Shown: piece by piece, positions 9,523 to 19,500 of the stretch
How positions within the stretch are numbered: the first letter of the stretch is position 1
Layout of the letters: every line of letters starts with the position of its first letter
NCBI GenBank assembly: GCA_008632985.1
Contig: QPGO01000275.1
Location: forward strand, 57,555-77,554
Reading direction: 5' to 3'
From: Psammoneis japonica
Taxonomy: Eukaryota
Length of the DNA: 20,000 nt
Notes under the pieces: generated by a model
The model's input: the letters and a program-made list of their open reading frames with translations, nothing else
The model's database searches: none
Told to the model about the DNA's origin: nothing
Translations under genes and position numbers: made by a program

Positions 9523-12074
9523 ATGGAGCGATCGAAAAGCATCAGTCCCATTGTTGCATCAAGTCGTGATTCATCAAGTGACGAGCCTCGAGTCACTTGG
9601 AATGACAGGTGTCTCTGCAATTGGGAAGAGTGCAACAAATGTCGAAAACATTTTACATCAATCAAGCATGCACTTGGGGGTGACTTTGTGAGGCTAACTT
9701 ACAATGAAGATTCTTGCAACGCAGTCAATCTTCTTGAGGCTGTCTTCCTCAACCTTCACGTGTCAAAGAGCGACTGAGACATGATCAAACAGTGTCACTC
9801 CGACAGGAAAAAAGGTGGTGAATGTGGCAGAATGTCCCCTGCCGGTGATGCCAGGCGTGTTCGACCACAGGTGGCAAGACATCACTGGAAAAAAGAGATG
9901 CACGAGATGCTTGACCATGCCAACGAAAACTGGTCCACACCCATTGCCCCCTGATGTTGCAGCAAAGTGGAGTTGCTTTCATGGTGATTACAAGAGCAAC
10001 AAAAGAATGAGATGCAACCCTGATCTAGGTGAACCCAGGCCTTTGCAGTGACGAATCGAAAATCCCATCATGCACGTGAATGCCCCGAATGTTGACAAGA
10101 GCACGGTTGGGTCGTTGCGCGACTTGCTGACGTCCACTTGACCTGATGCACCGAGGAAGATTCATCAAAATCAACATGTCTCTCCACATGAAGAAGAGTT
10201 GCAGCATGTGGTTCATGACAGGGATGGAAAGTTAGCTGCTGAAAGGCATGAAGCTTGGTGTCGACAGGATGAGATTGACGGGTTCAAGAGAAAGAACAAG
10301 GCGTTGACGGAGAAGAATGCTCGTTTGTCAAAAAAGCAAAAGTCGTCAGCTGAAAGCTCTCAAGATCTACAGTGTAAAGACCACCACTTGGCCTGGGACC
10401 AAGTTGAGGATTTTCCAGCTGACTCTGGAGGGTTGTCTCGTCTTGCTGTTTTCGACGATGAGTGGCATTCGAACCATCCAAATGCGGCGTCTTTGTTGCA
10501 TGGTTTTGTTTCATGGGAGGAAATGAAGCAGCATGTTCAAGATCTTTTTCCTGAGATCAATGCTGATGCTGCGCCTTGCCCTGTGGCTCCAACCAAAGTT
10601 GGTGGAGCCGTTGATGTGCCCCCGATTTGAGAGCCAGAGAAATGCTTGATTTGTCGACCATTTTTTCACCATCAGGAGGTTGAAGGTGTGATGGGCCTTG
10701 TGATGAACCGACATCGCGTTCGAGTGGGGCAAATGCTTCATGAGTGGGCTCCAAGATGGGGAGAGGCTGGAGAAGATTTGTCAATTCTTGACATCACCTG
10801 GGGGGACTTCATCAAACGAGAACATCCAGACTTGGATGCAGGCAGTGCACGAGTTGGGCCATCGATTCTCGTTGATGGTCAAGACACGAACACAGAGTCC
10901 AAGCAAAAGGATGGAACCACCAACAGGATGCAATGCAGCTCAAAAAATGATTGCAACTGTGGGCACTGCTTAACGTGGTCTACACTGTGCGGCACTGCAT
11001 TTGAGCACACTCCGCTGTTTGGAGCCAGAGCGTCAGAGAAGAGCACACTGTGACTGTGGGGATTGCTTGGCATTGCATGCGCACCTGTGTCTGAGTGGGA
11101 AGATGCTGCCAACAAAGATGATGACCCAGAAGGAGCTCCAAATTTCTGCACGGCCCTTGACGACATCACAACAGCATCGGAATTTGAGGAGATGATTGAC
11201 CAAAATCTGCTTGGTGGTGAAGATGCGGTTCATGATGACGTGCTAGTCACAGCCACAACATCGGGACTTGAGGAAGTGGTGGGCGACAACAAGCCCCCCC
11301 GTGGAGGATGCACTGGAGGAGGAAACTGAATCTGGCTTGATGTCAGAAGCTCTCAATTGGTGGAGAGAACACAAGCTGCTCAAACGAGCAGAGAAGGTGA
11401 CAGGGGGGCAAAAGAAACAACCCACAACAACACCGGAGCACTTGGAGGAGCAAAATGACAAAGTCCTCCATGGAGGGGTGAACAACAGTGGAAAAAGAAA
11501 ATTGATCCAGCTTGAACGACAAGAGCGGCTTCATCGATCATGTGAAGCTTGCACGTTGAGAAAGTGTTTGCTTTCATGCTGTCTTTTAGTGACTGCGAAT
11601 GAGCGACAAAAGCTTTTGGCGTGGCTTGGCAGCAGCATGGACGGTCTGCCGCAAAAGCCGAAATTGGAAAATGCCCCAAAGATCCCGCTGCGACTGGCTA
11701 AGATTTCAAATGGTGTTTCTGTAATCGGTGACAAGGGGTTTGCCGGAACAGAGCGAGACCATCCCTACTTCAACGACGTCAACACTCCAGAAAAGCTCAG
11801 TGAGTCGAAAGGCTACAGGAAAACTGCGCAACACATTTCTCGAGACCGTCCATTGTTCAATGCAAGGTTTCCAGCAGAGACGGTATTTAGTCGATACACT
11901 GATGAGGACATCGTAAAAGCTGTCGTCCCTTGTTATGTGGTGCCGATTTTACCATGTGCTCATGCATGGGCCCACGCAGCTGCAAATCTTGATTTGCCAT
12001 TCCGGAAGCCAGGCGCAGAGTCTATCGTCACCGACAGCTACTGGCAAAACAAGAAAAACTACGGCAGACGTTAA
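9523..12074 (+). pseudogene. PIF/Harbinger/ISL2EU-like DDE transposase (DDE_Tnp_4-like), disrupted
   Basis: Fragments in order: Cys-rich N-terminus (RCLCNWEEC), HTH-like segment (GQMLHEWAPRW), ILVDG...CSSK...G...HTPLFGARASE, VIGDKGF, R..AETVFSRY. In-frame TGA stops end at 9777, 10051, 10630 and 11053, and there are frameshifts (e.g. ~11290). Start position tentative. Confidence 0.75.
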
Positions 12075-12253
12075 GGTGCAATAGTTCGATACGTGGTCTA
12101 CTTCCGGCATGCGCCAAGGTGCAATAGTTTGTAAAAGCGATCTGCTGCGGCAGACGATAAGGTGCAATAGTTCGTTACTTGGTCTACGCCTTATTCATTT
12201 TCGCTACCCAATAGTTCGTTACTTGGTCTACGCCTTATTTATTTTCGCTACCT
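12062..12253 (+). repeat. Four 43-44-bp imperfect tandem units between the convergent stop codons
   Basis: CAATAGTT at 12079, 12122, 12165 and 12209. AAGGTGCAATAGTT at 12073, 12116 and 12159. Units 3 and 4 are nearly identical. Confidence 0.9.
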
Positions 12254-13002
12254 TTTTAGTAACGTCGTCGCCTCGTCGCCTTTTCTGGCCCATTGCTCTC
12301 TTGAAGCTGTCCTTCACAACAAGATTCTCAATCAGCATTGGAACAGCTTGGACTAGCTCAGGCGACACGGGATAACACAACTCAAACTCATCTTGAGACT
12401 GCTCTAACTGCACCAAACCAATCAAATATAGGAGTCCCAACAGGTGTGAACAGAAGAGACTGCCGTCCTCACAGCTGCAGGTAGAAAAAGGAGCAAGAAT
12501 AAAGTCGCCATTTGGTTCATCCTTAAAGACAGCACTTGTCGAGTGGACGATACCTCGTTCCGAGCTGAGCGTGTCGTACCTCAGCATGACGTTCTTGCGC
12601 GCTTTCATAGCGTCCTCAAACTCGGTGTCCGACACAAATCCAGTAGCCTTGTAATCTTGAACGGCTTCATCGTATATTTGTTTGTGTTTCTCTCGGTCAT
12701 GAAGACGTTTGTCTTTTTCTTCTTTCTTAACTGGCGGGGCGACACCATCAAAAACGTACACGGGTGTAATGCCAGCTTTTTCTAATAGCCCATGTATCCG
12801 CTGATTTTCTGCAAGTATTTCAGGAGAGGGGTAGCACGGGTTACAAGTGGTGGCGAGCTGAGTCTCTTCTCTGCTGTTGCATTTGTTCAGAAGAATAGAA
12901 ACATCAACACCAATGCGCTTTCCCTTGAACTTGTCAGCTCGTTCATGTGGCTTATTCTGAAAAAGCCCGAGGGCAGGGCCCCAAAAATTGTTTCGGCCCC
13001 AT
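12228..13002 (-). pseudogene. XPG/FEN1/Exo1-family nuclease N-domain joined to a SWIM-type zinc finger; likely second ORF of the DDE element; 5' frameshift and apparent internal deletion
   Basis: KGKRIGVDVSILL and GITPVYVFDGVAPPVKKEEKDKR are XPG_N motifs. CSCEDGSLFCSH fits CxC-xn-CxH. The ATG GGG at 13002 (MG start typical of the family) is out of frame with the ORF by one base. No XPG_I EA(D/E) motif is present. Confidence 0.75.
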
Positions 13003-13349
13003 GTGTTGTTATGCGGCAAACGGGACAGAAATTCGGGTCACCTTTCCGACAAAAACGAGAGCGCTAGCTCTGAAGTGGTAATTTAACCACTACCCAGTGC
13101 CATGAATAAACCGCAATTTGAGTACACACTGAGGAGGCACAATCATAGGAGGCCACGAGTTAGCAGCGGCGACCATAGAAATTGTTTTTGATGCAAAACC
13201 CAAGAATCGACCTACCTTTGTTGGTTCTCGAAATGCACTTTTGATTCAGAACTTTGGAGGAGATGGTTAGCCAGCAATGGAGGGTACTTTCACTATTTTT
13301 GAAAGGACGAATTGCAAGAAAGAAAAGAGAGGAGTCGGAAGAGTGACAA

Positions 13350-14341
13350 ATGTTTCTCCGACGGCTGCCGTGTCATGGAGCGAGTGATTCTGTGCGATTT
13401 TTGCAACTCAACCCAGACCGAACATCGCGCACGAAATCGCACGTAGGGGGTTTCAGGGCTCATAGATTCCTCCCGGATTTTGTACGCCGCCGAGTGAAGC
13501 GAAGCACAACAGCCTATTCCAACAGTTCAGCCGCCCACCATTCAACAACCGCAGCAACCCATTCTCATTCAACAACCTCAGCCTCTATTCTTACTGTTCA
13601 AGACCGCCCACTCGTTCCTCCTATATACAATGGCGTCAATCCCAACTATCCCGGCGTCACCATGGTGCACGGATCGCCTCCCATTTTTTCGGTCGAGAAT
13701 TTTTTGACACCGCACGAGTGTGATTTTTCGGTCGAGAATTTTTTGACACCGCACGAGTGTGATTTTCTCATTGCGGCCGCATCCGATTCCTTTACCCCCG
13801 CACCCGTGGTGGGCAAGGGCAGTGGCGAAATCTCGCCGTCGCGAACCTCCTCGACTTGTTATTTAGCACGCGAGGATGTTCCAGACTTGATGCGCAAAGT
13901 GACAGTGCTCACGGGCAAACCCGTGCACACGTGCGAATTGCCCCAAGTGGGACGGTACGAACCGACGCAACAATATTTACAACACTTTGACGCGTTTGAT
14001 GTTTCCACGGAAGATGGATTGCGGTTTGCCACCAATGGTGGACAACGGACCGTGACCGTGACCGTGCTGATTTATCTCAATGATGTTGCCAACGGAGGTG
14101 ATACACGATTTCCCTTGTTGGATCTCTCAATGTACAGCCTCGCAAGTGCATGGCTCTTGTCTTTTTCCCAGCCACCATTGATGGGCTCTTGGAAAAAATG
14201 GCCTTGCATGCGGCACTACCGGCGGTCGATACCAAGTTTGTTAGTCAAGTGTGGATTCGACAAGCCGAATACAAGGGACAACCCTCCAAGCGACTGGACA
14301 CCATAATGGGGGTGCCGTTTGGACAAGAGGTGATGAATTAG
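13350..14341 (+). pseudogene. Prolyl 4-hydroxylase-like 2OG-Fe(II) oxygenase, frameshifted
   Basis: Motifs PPIFSVENFLTPHECD, SRTSST, ELPQVGRY, HFD, GGQR.VTVLIYLNDV..GG.T.FP, then in another frame ALVFFP...LHAALP...KFVSQVWIR. Frameshift at ~14125 (extra TC). True 5' end uncertain; recognisable similarity starts at ~13600. Confidence 0.85.
13686..13763 (+). repeat. Perfect 39-bp tandem duplication inside the P4H-like gene
   Basis: TTTTCGGTCGAGAATTTTTTGACACCGCACGAGTGTGAT occurs twice, giving FSVENFLTPHECD twice. Confidence 0.95.
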
Positions 14342-14591
14342 AACGTGAAGAAGAGAGAAGCCAGTGTCATGTGGTTTTGGTGTTTAGAAAATGCTCCGTC
14401 GGCTACAGTTTTGGAGCTCTCGTTCATTCTGGACGAGATTAGTGTATAGTTTTTAGAGCTTTCGATCGCGGTTTCAACAGACTTTCAAGTGCTGAATTTC
14501 TGGAGAAAGACGCAACTTCGAGCAAGTAGCAAAATATCTCATAACTGTAACAACAAGTTTGATTAGTAAAGTTCGCATGCATTATCCTCCA

Positions 14592-17500
14592 TCACATGTC
14601 CATCCACGCTTGCGGAAACAAATGGTCTGGTATGCCAATTTCGTATCGAAACGCGGATTGTACAAACATATCGGACGTGTATTCGTCATCCATAAACTCA
14701 ATGGTTCGCCGCGGAACGTCCGTTACGATCCAATCGTCATTAGGGGTGCGATGCACACGAACCACGTACACATCTTGCGGTGGAACAGTGGTGTCCGCTA
14801 GATACGGATCGCCCTCATGACGATGCAGCACTTGACAACGGTAGGCATCTTGCGTTCCAGTGCTGTACAAATGCGGAGAGTATTCCCACTTGCACTCATT
14901 GTCGTGTTTGCCCGTCCGAGTTTGCTTTTCGTCCAAATTGCCCACATAACAAATGGTTTGAAAGTTTTCGGGATATGGACCCGCTTCTTGTTCCTCGAGT
15001 GTCTTGACTGGAACGTAAAAGTCATTGTGCTCGGCCGCCGAAACGTACTCATCATCATCATTGGGTCGCCCGTTTTGCAAATGCGTATTCCACGCATCCT
15101 CCGATTGCTGGCCATAATCCAAAAACACTTCTTCACCCTCTTGAATGTCACGGGTGGCAACCACTTCCATAATGACACCCGCGCGGTTTTCGCTCATGAG
15201 CTCCTCTACCGGTCGATCCAGCCAATCGGCCTGATTGGGCAGCTTGGATTACCGGCGTAATTCGGCATTGAATTCCGGGTGATGATGATTCAAGTAATTT
15301 TGTCACGGGCGAGTATGGAAAGAGCAACAAGTTTGACTTGGGGTGGCCATAACAATAATTGAGCAAGAGCTGTTGGCCCGTGTAATACGGTTCCACATTC
15401 TTGTCGTCCATGTCGTCGCTGTCGTACACTTGCATGTGTCGACGATGCAATTGAACAAAGGGCAACGGAGCAATGATGCTACCCTGTGCAAACGAGTCGC
15501 AAAGGCTCCCTTTCCAGCCTGTGGGAGCGTGGACGTGTCGGGGCGGATATTGTCAAGACAGACACCATTCTCCTCGAGCCATTCGGGTGAAGGCACCGCG
15601 TTTGGTACCGAGTGGAGGGCCGTGCCCTTCTTTACCACCTCTTGTACGTGAGACAACTCCCTGGGCAACGCCAAGCGGACGCGATTGCCATCATTCTTCG
15701 AATCCGTCTCATTGTACCAGAGCAATGACCACAAGTCATTGGCAAATTCCGTGTTGGGATTGTGATCAATGAGATCCCAAAATTTACGCAAAACCTTGTC
15801 GGCGTTTCTGAAATCATAACTCAAGGGAATCACACCCAACTTTTCGGCTCGGTCCTTAAACCACGTGTCTCCGTATTGCACAAAGAGTTCCATTCCAGCC
15901 TGAATGTGATTCTCCGCCGTGTACCTTCCTCCATGATAGGTTATGGAAGCACCCGTTCCAGGATCCTTGCTTCGCTCCATACCCATGGTGTCTACATGGG
16001 GTGGACGCATAAAGGCACTGACCAAGCCCGTGTGGCTATTGGCAAGCATGCCCAGGCCCGGCACTATGGATTGTACGTCATCTGCCTCGAATTCTCCACC
16101 CGTCGTATCGGGATCCCAGTAATAGCTATGCATCAACCAATCGGGTTCCGTGTTTCTACCAATAAACTGTTTTTTGTCTTTCCGTCGACGCAATTTTTGG
16201 TTGAATTCGATATCTTTCACTTGCACCACTACGTCGGAATGGAAAATGTCGCTCTTCTCTGGAATTTCCACAGCCGTGTACATTCCCATGCCTGCGTTGG
16301 GAATGGACGATTCCGCCACATACAATTGACACGACAAAGCTTCTTTTTCTTGTTTGCTTTTTTGTTCCAAATCACGCCACGACGGGGGAATCATGTCATC
16401 GGGTAATTCCAAGTAATGACGAAAGGCATTTCGTAAATACGAATCATTGGTATAGGGCAAATCGACAATGACAAGTGCCTGACGAGGTATACCATGAACG
16501 ACCTTTTCCGTCCACTCGTCATTGTCTTCCTCTTGCTTGTAACGAATGCGTGATGTATAGGTATTGTGCTTAGCATTGCGTTCCAACACGGTACACTCGT
16601 CCGTTTCATCCGTGTGACGATAATAGACCATGTCGGATTCTAACTCGTCCTCTATGACCCAAGTGTATTCTCCATTGGTGTCGTCTGTTGGATCCTCCAA
16701 TTCATCAAACCAACAACGTGTTTCGACATTTGCGGGATATGCCGGCTGCTCGTCTTGAATGGTTCGAATGTGACGTTCCTGGTTAAAGACAGCTGCCGGT
16801 ATGTAGTCTTGCGGTGATGAGCGTGGTGCCTTGAATTATTCCTGGACATGCTTGTCCCAAGATTCTTGCCAATCGTTACCATAATCCACCAGAATCTCGT
16901 CTCCCTTGGAAATATCCCCCGTGGCGACAAATTCCATCATGAGTCCTGTTTTCTTGTTGTTTTCTAAAACTTGTGTGCTGGTCCAATTCAACCATTCCGG
17001 ATGAGATTGACGAGAGGACCAACGAAGTTTGACATTGGCCGTCTTGTTGTCGCTACTTCCGTGATTGATTGTGTTTGTGGCGGGTGCATAGGGATAAAAC
17101 ACCAACGATGTAGACGGATGGCCATAGACATAATTGTACAAGAGTTGATGACCACGATGGTAAACCTTTTCTTCATCATGTTCATCAACGACCCACAAAT
17201 CCAAATGACTACGATGCAAATGAATCAAGGGTGCTGGCGTCACGACGGTGCCCTTCTGTAAATCACGAGACGCAAAGGCACCCTTGCCGGCACCGTCAAT
17301 GGTAGATTCCTTGACAGTCATGTGATCCAGACACAATCCATTTTCTTGCAACCACGCTTGGGATCGAATGACATTGGGTACCGTAAGCATGGCGGTACTA
17401 CCCTTGAGGTGAAACCAAACATGATGTGCGTCTTGATAGGTTTTGGGCAATGCCCATTTGATGCGTGGACTGACATCGTCCCGCTCCTCAATCTCCTCAC

Positions 17501-18118
17501 GCCATGCATCCCAATGTCCTTGTCGTGATCCACCCACAAAATAATCACGCAACCACTTGTCGGCAATTTCAAAGTCACCACTGAGTGGCAAATCGTTTCC
17601 AAAAATTCCATTTCGTTCTTAAAACCATCCATCACCGTACATGGCAAAGAGTTCCATACCCGCCGGTATATTTTGATTGGCTTGAAATGTCAATTCCGTA
17701 TTGTACGTAAATGCTCCCGCTTGTGGAGGATGATGACGACTGCGATTTTTGTTGGCAGCAATTTGATGGAGTGGACCACGATTCAATGCATTCACCAAGC
17801 CGGTGTGACTGTTGGCCAGCATGCCCAATCCAGCAATAATGGTATCAATATTTTCCGCTTCAAAACTTGCACCCTGCCAACGTGAAAACCAATAATACTC
17901 GTGCATGAGCCAACTTGGAATGTCATTGGAAAAAAGAAGTTTGCGGATATGCTCGTGTTTGGCACAATCGGCAACATTAATCACAACGTCCACATGCCCC
18001 AACCCGAATGGGGAATGGAGGACTCTGCCAAGTATAAACCGCATTCAAGTTAATGTGCAGCCGATGACAAGCAAACAAGTGATACAGTGATGCACCGTAG
18101 TAGTAACAACAAGAACAT
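14592..18118 (-). pseudogene. Diatom-type signal-peptide-bearing protein with four SET-like domains (two tandem di-SET units), disrupted
   Basis: Hydrophobic N-terminus MFLLLLLRCITVSLVCLSSA. Each motif occurs twice: C.LY.AESSIP..G.GM, GLGMLANSHTGL, AGMELF..YG, ENG.CLD....ST...AGKGAFA.R, NY.YGHP, ME.VAT.DI..G.E...DYG. In-frame TAA at 18050, 17619, 16836 and 15249. Frameshifts or deletions at ~17990, ~15490 and ~15298. Confidence 0.85.
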
Positions 18119-18343
18119 TTTGGTGCAATTCTTTGTTGCGGCCAGATCTTTGCGAAAATCCGCGATGCCCAAAAGAACGTTGAGTGGATTCAAATAGGGT
18201 TTCGAATACTTGTTTTTATTTTTTATTGAAAATATAAGCCAGATTTCAACCCCCGCCCCCCCCCCCAGCCAGGGAGGATTAGGAATGGCGCTACGATCGA
18301 GAGCCAATCAGAATTTAGCATTTGGGATTTCTACTTAGGGAAG

Positions 18344-18370
18344 GTCCTCGGAAAGTCGAGGACTTTCCGA
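18344..18370. other. Overlapping inverted repeats upstream of a TE-like ORF
   Basis: TCGGAAAGTC (18348-18357) pairs with GACTTTCCGA (18361-18370). GTCCTCG (18344-18350) pairs with CGAGGAC (18357-18363). A CCAAT-like AGCCAATCAGA lies at 18302. Confidence 0.6.
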
Positions 18371-18463
18371 CCAATTAATAAACATTTTTTCGGAAAATCT
18401 GACGCAATCACTTAGGGACGAGGAGGCTGAGACAACCCTCCAAAAGCAGACACAAGAATCAGA

Positions 18464-19500
18464 ATGATGCGGAGACCGACAATCATCTCCTTTCGCGCCA
18501 CGGAAAATCACAACAACACAGACTTCTCGCGCGATGAGAAAAATTCTCTCACAAAAAAAAACACGAGAGAGAAAAGTACAATCTCTGCTGGTGCTTCGAT
18601 GATGACGGACGAAACGGAAAAATCTGCTCCAACAAAAGTGGCTGCAGAGCGGCAGCCACATCCTTTCTTTAGTGACATGGGAGCTCAGCCCCAGAAACGC
18701 AAAGGCTCCATCAAAACGAGCAAAAGCCAAGCGTGCACACGCCAGAAGCGCACTCATCAGAGCGATTTAAGTGGGCGCAAGGTGCCAAGAGTAGACGACG
18801 GAATGAAGAAATGCAAGAGGTGCAAGAATGGGCCTGCATGTCATCATGGTCACGATCCCACATGCAAGCATTCGACACGATGCACGCAAGTCAACGTCGC
18901 CACGGCTGCGAAAGACGCAGAGCGACGTGACAAAGAGCTTCACGGAACAAACAACATGATCCCGGCTGCTCCAGAAAAGGGAGCATCAACCACACGAGAC
19001 CATTTTGGAGTGCAGAAACCTGCAGCTCGAGTCATGTTGCCTTCTCCAGGTGTTTCCAATGTTTGCAAGCCGGTAAATTCGGGTGTGGCTGATGCTGCAG
19101 GCCCCGTGCAGTGCACCAAGAACACCCACAAGTCGGCCACTGATGCAAAATTTTTGGTTGAGACTTTGAAAGGAGAGACTCGAGCAAGAGCAAAAAAACA
19201 TGAGAACTCAGAGGAGAGGATGAAGTGCCCAGCTGCAGTGAGTGCTCTTGTCAGTCATCTGTTGGATTCTGTCAAGCCGAGATTCGAACAAGGCAGCAAC
19301 AAGTGTCCTGTTGCCACAGCAAAAAGCACCAAGCTCAATGAGATTCTGGAGGTCAAGGATGGTGCATTTCCTCCTGGCACAATGTCTTTTCAAGTTCCCA
19401 AGGATGACTGCACTTCGCCGCCCTGATTGTTGCTGCCATCAGCTGCAAGGCACGACAACACACATCGTTTGTTGGGAGCTGAGCTGTCCTGACATCTGAC
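18464..19500 (+). pseudogene. N-terminal part of a probable TE-encoded protein with a Cys/His zinc-finger-like motif, TpA-depleted and frameshifted
   Basis: 320-aa ORF with zero Tyr and the motif CKRC....CHHGHDPTC. It appears to continue after a frameshift at ~19420 as PDCCCHQLQGTTTHIVCWELSCP. Family not securely recognised. Confidence 0.5.

Noticed and set aside
600..11700. Classical RIP or CpG deamination as the cause of the TG/CA excess
   Set aside because: RIP would raise TA, and CpG decay would deplete CG without removing Tyr codons. CG remains common here while TA vanishes.
12073..12253. CRISPR-like repeat/spacer periodicity
   Set aside because: The repeat is only 8-14 bp, the spacers are related to each other and to the flanking gene ends, there are no cas genes, and the context is eukaryotic.
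15249..18052. Alternative genetic code (TAA read as sense) suggested by four in-frame TAA
   Set aside because: The same gene also has frameshifts and a deletion, and TAA ends other ORFs normally (5610, 12074). Pseudogenisation is simpler.
3..18312. TCTGATTGGCT (3-13) and AGCCAATCAGA (18302-18312) as an inverted terminal pair
   Set aside because: This is a common CCAAT-box-like word and the similarity does not extend.
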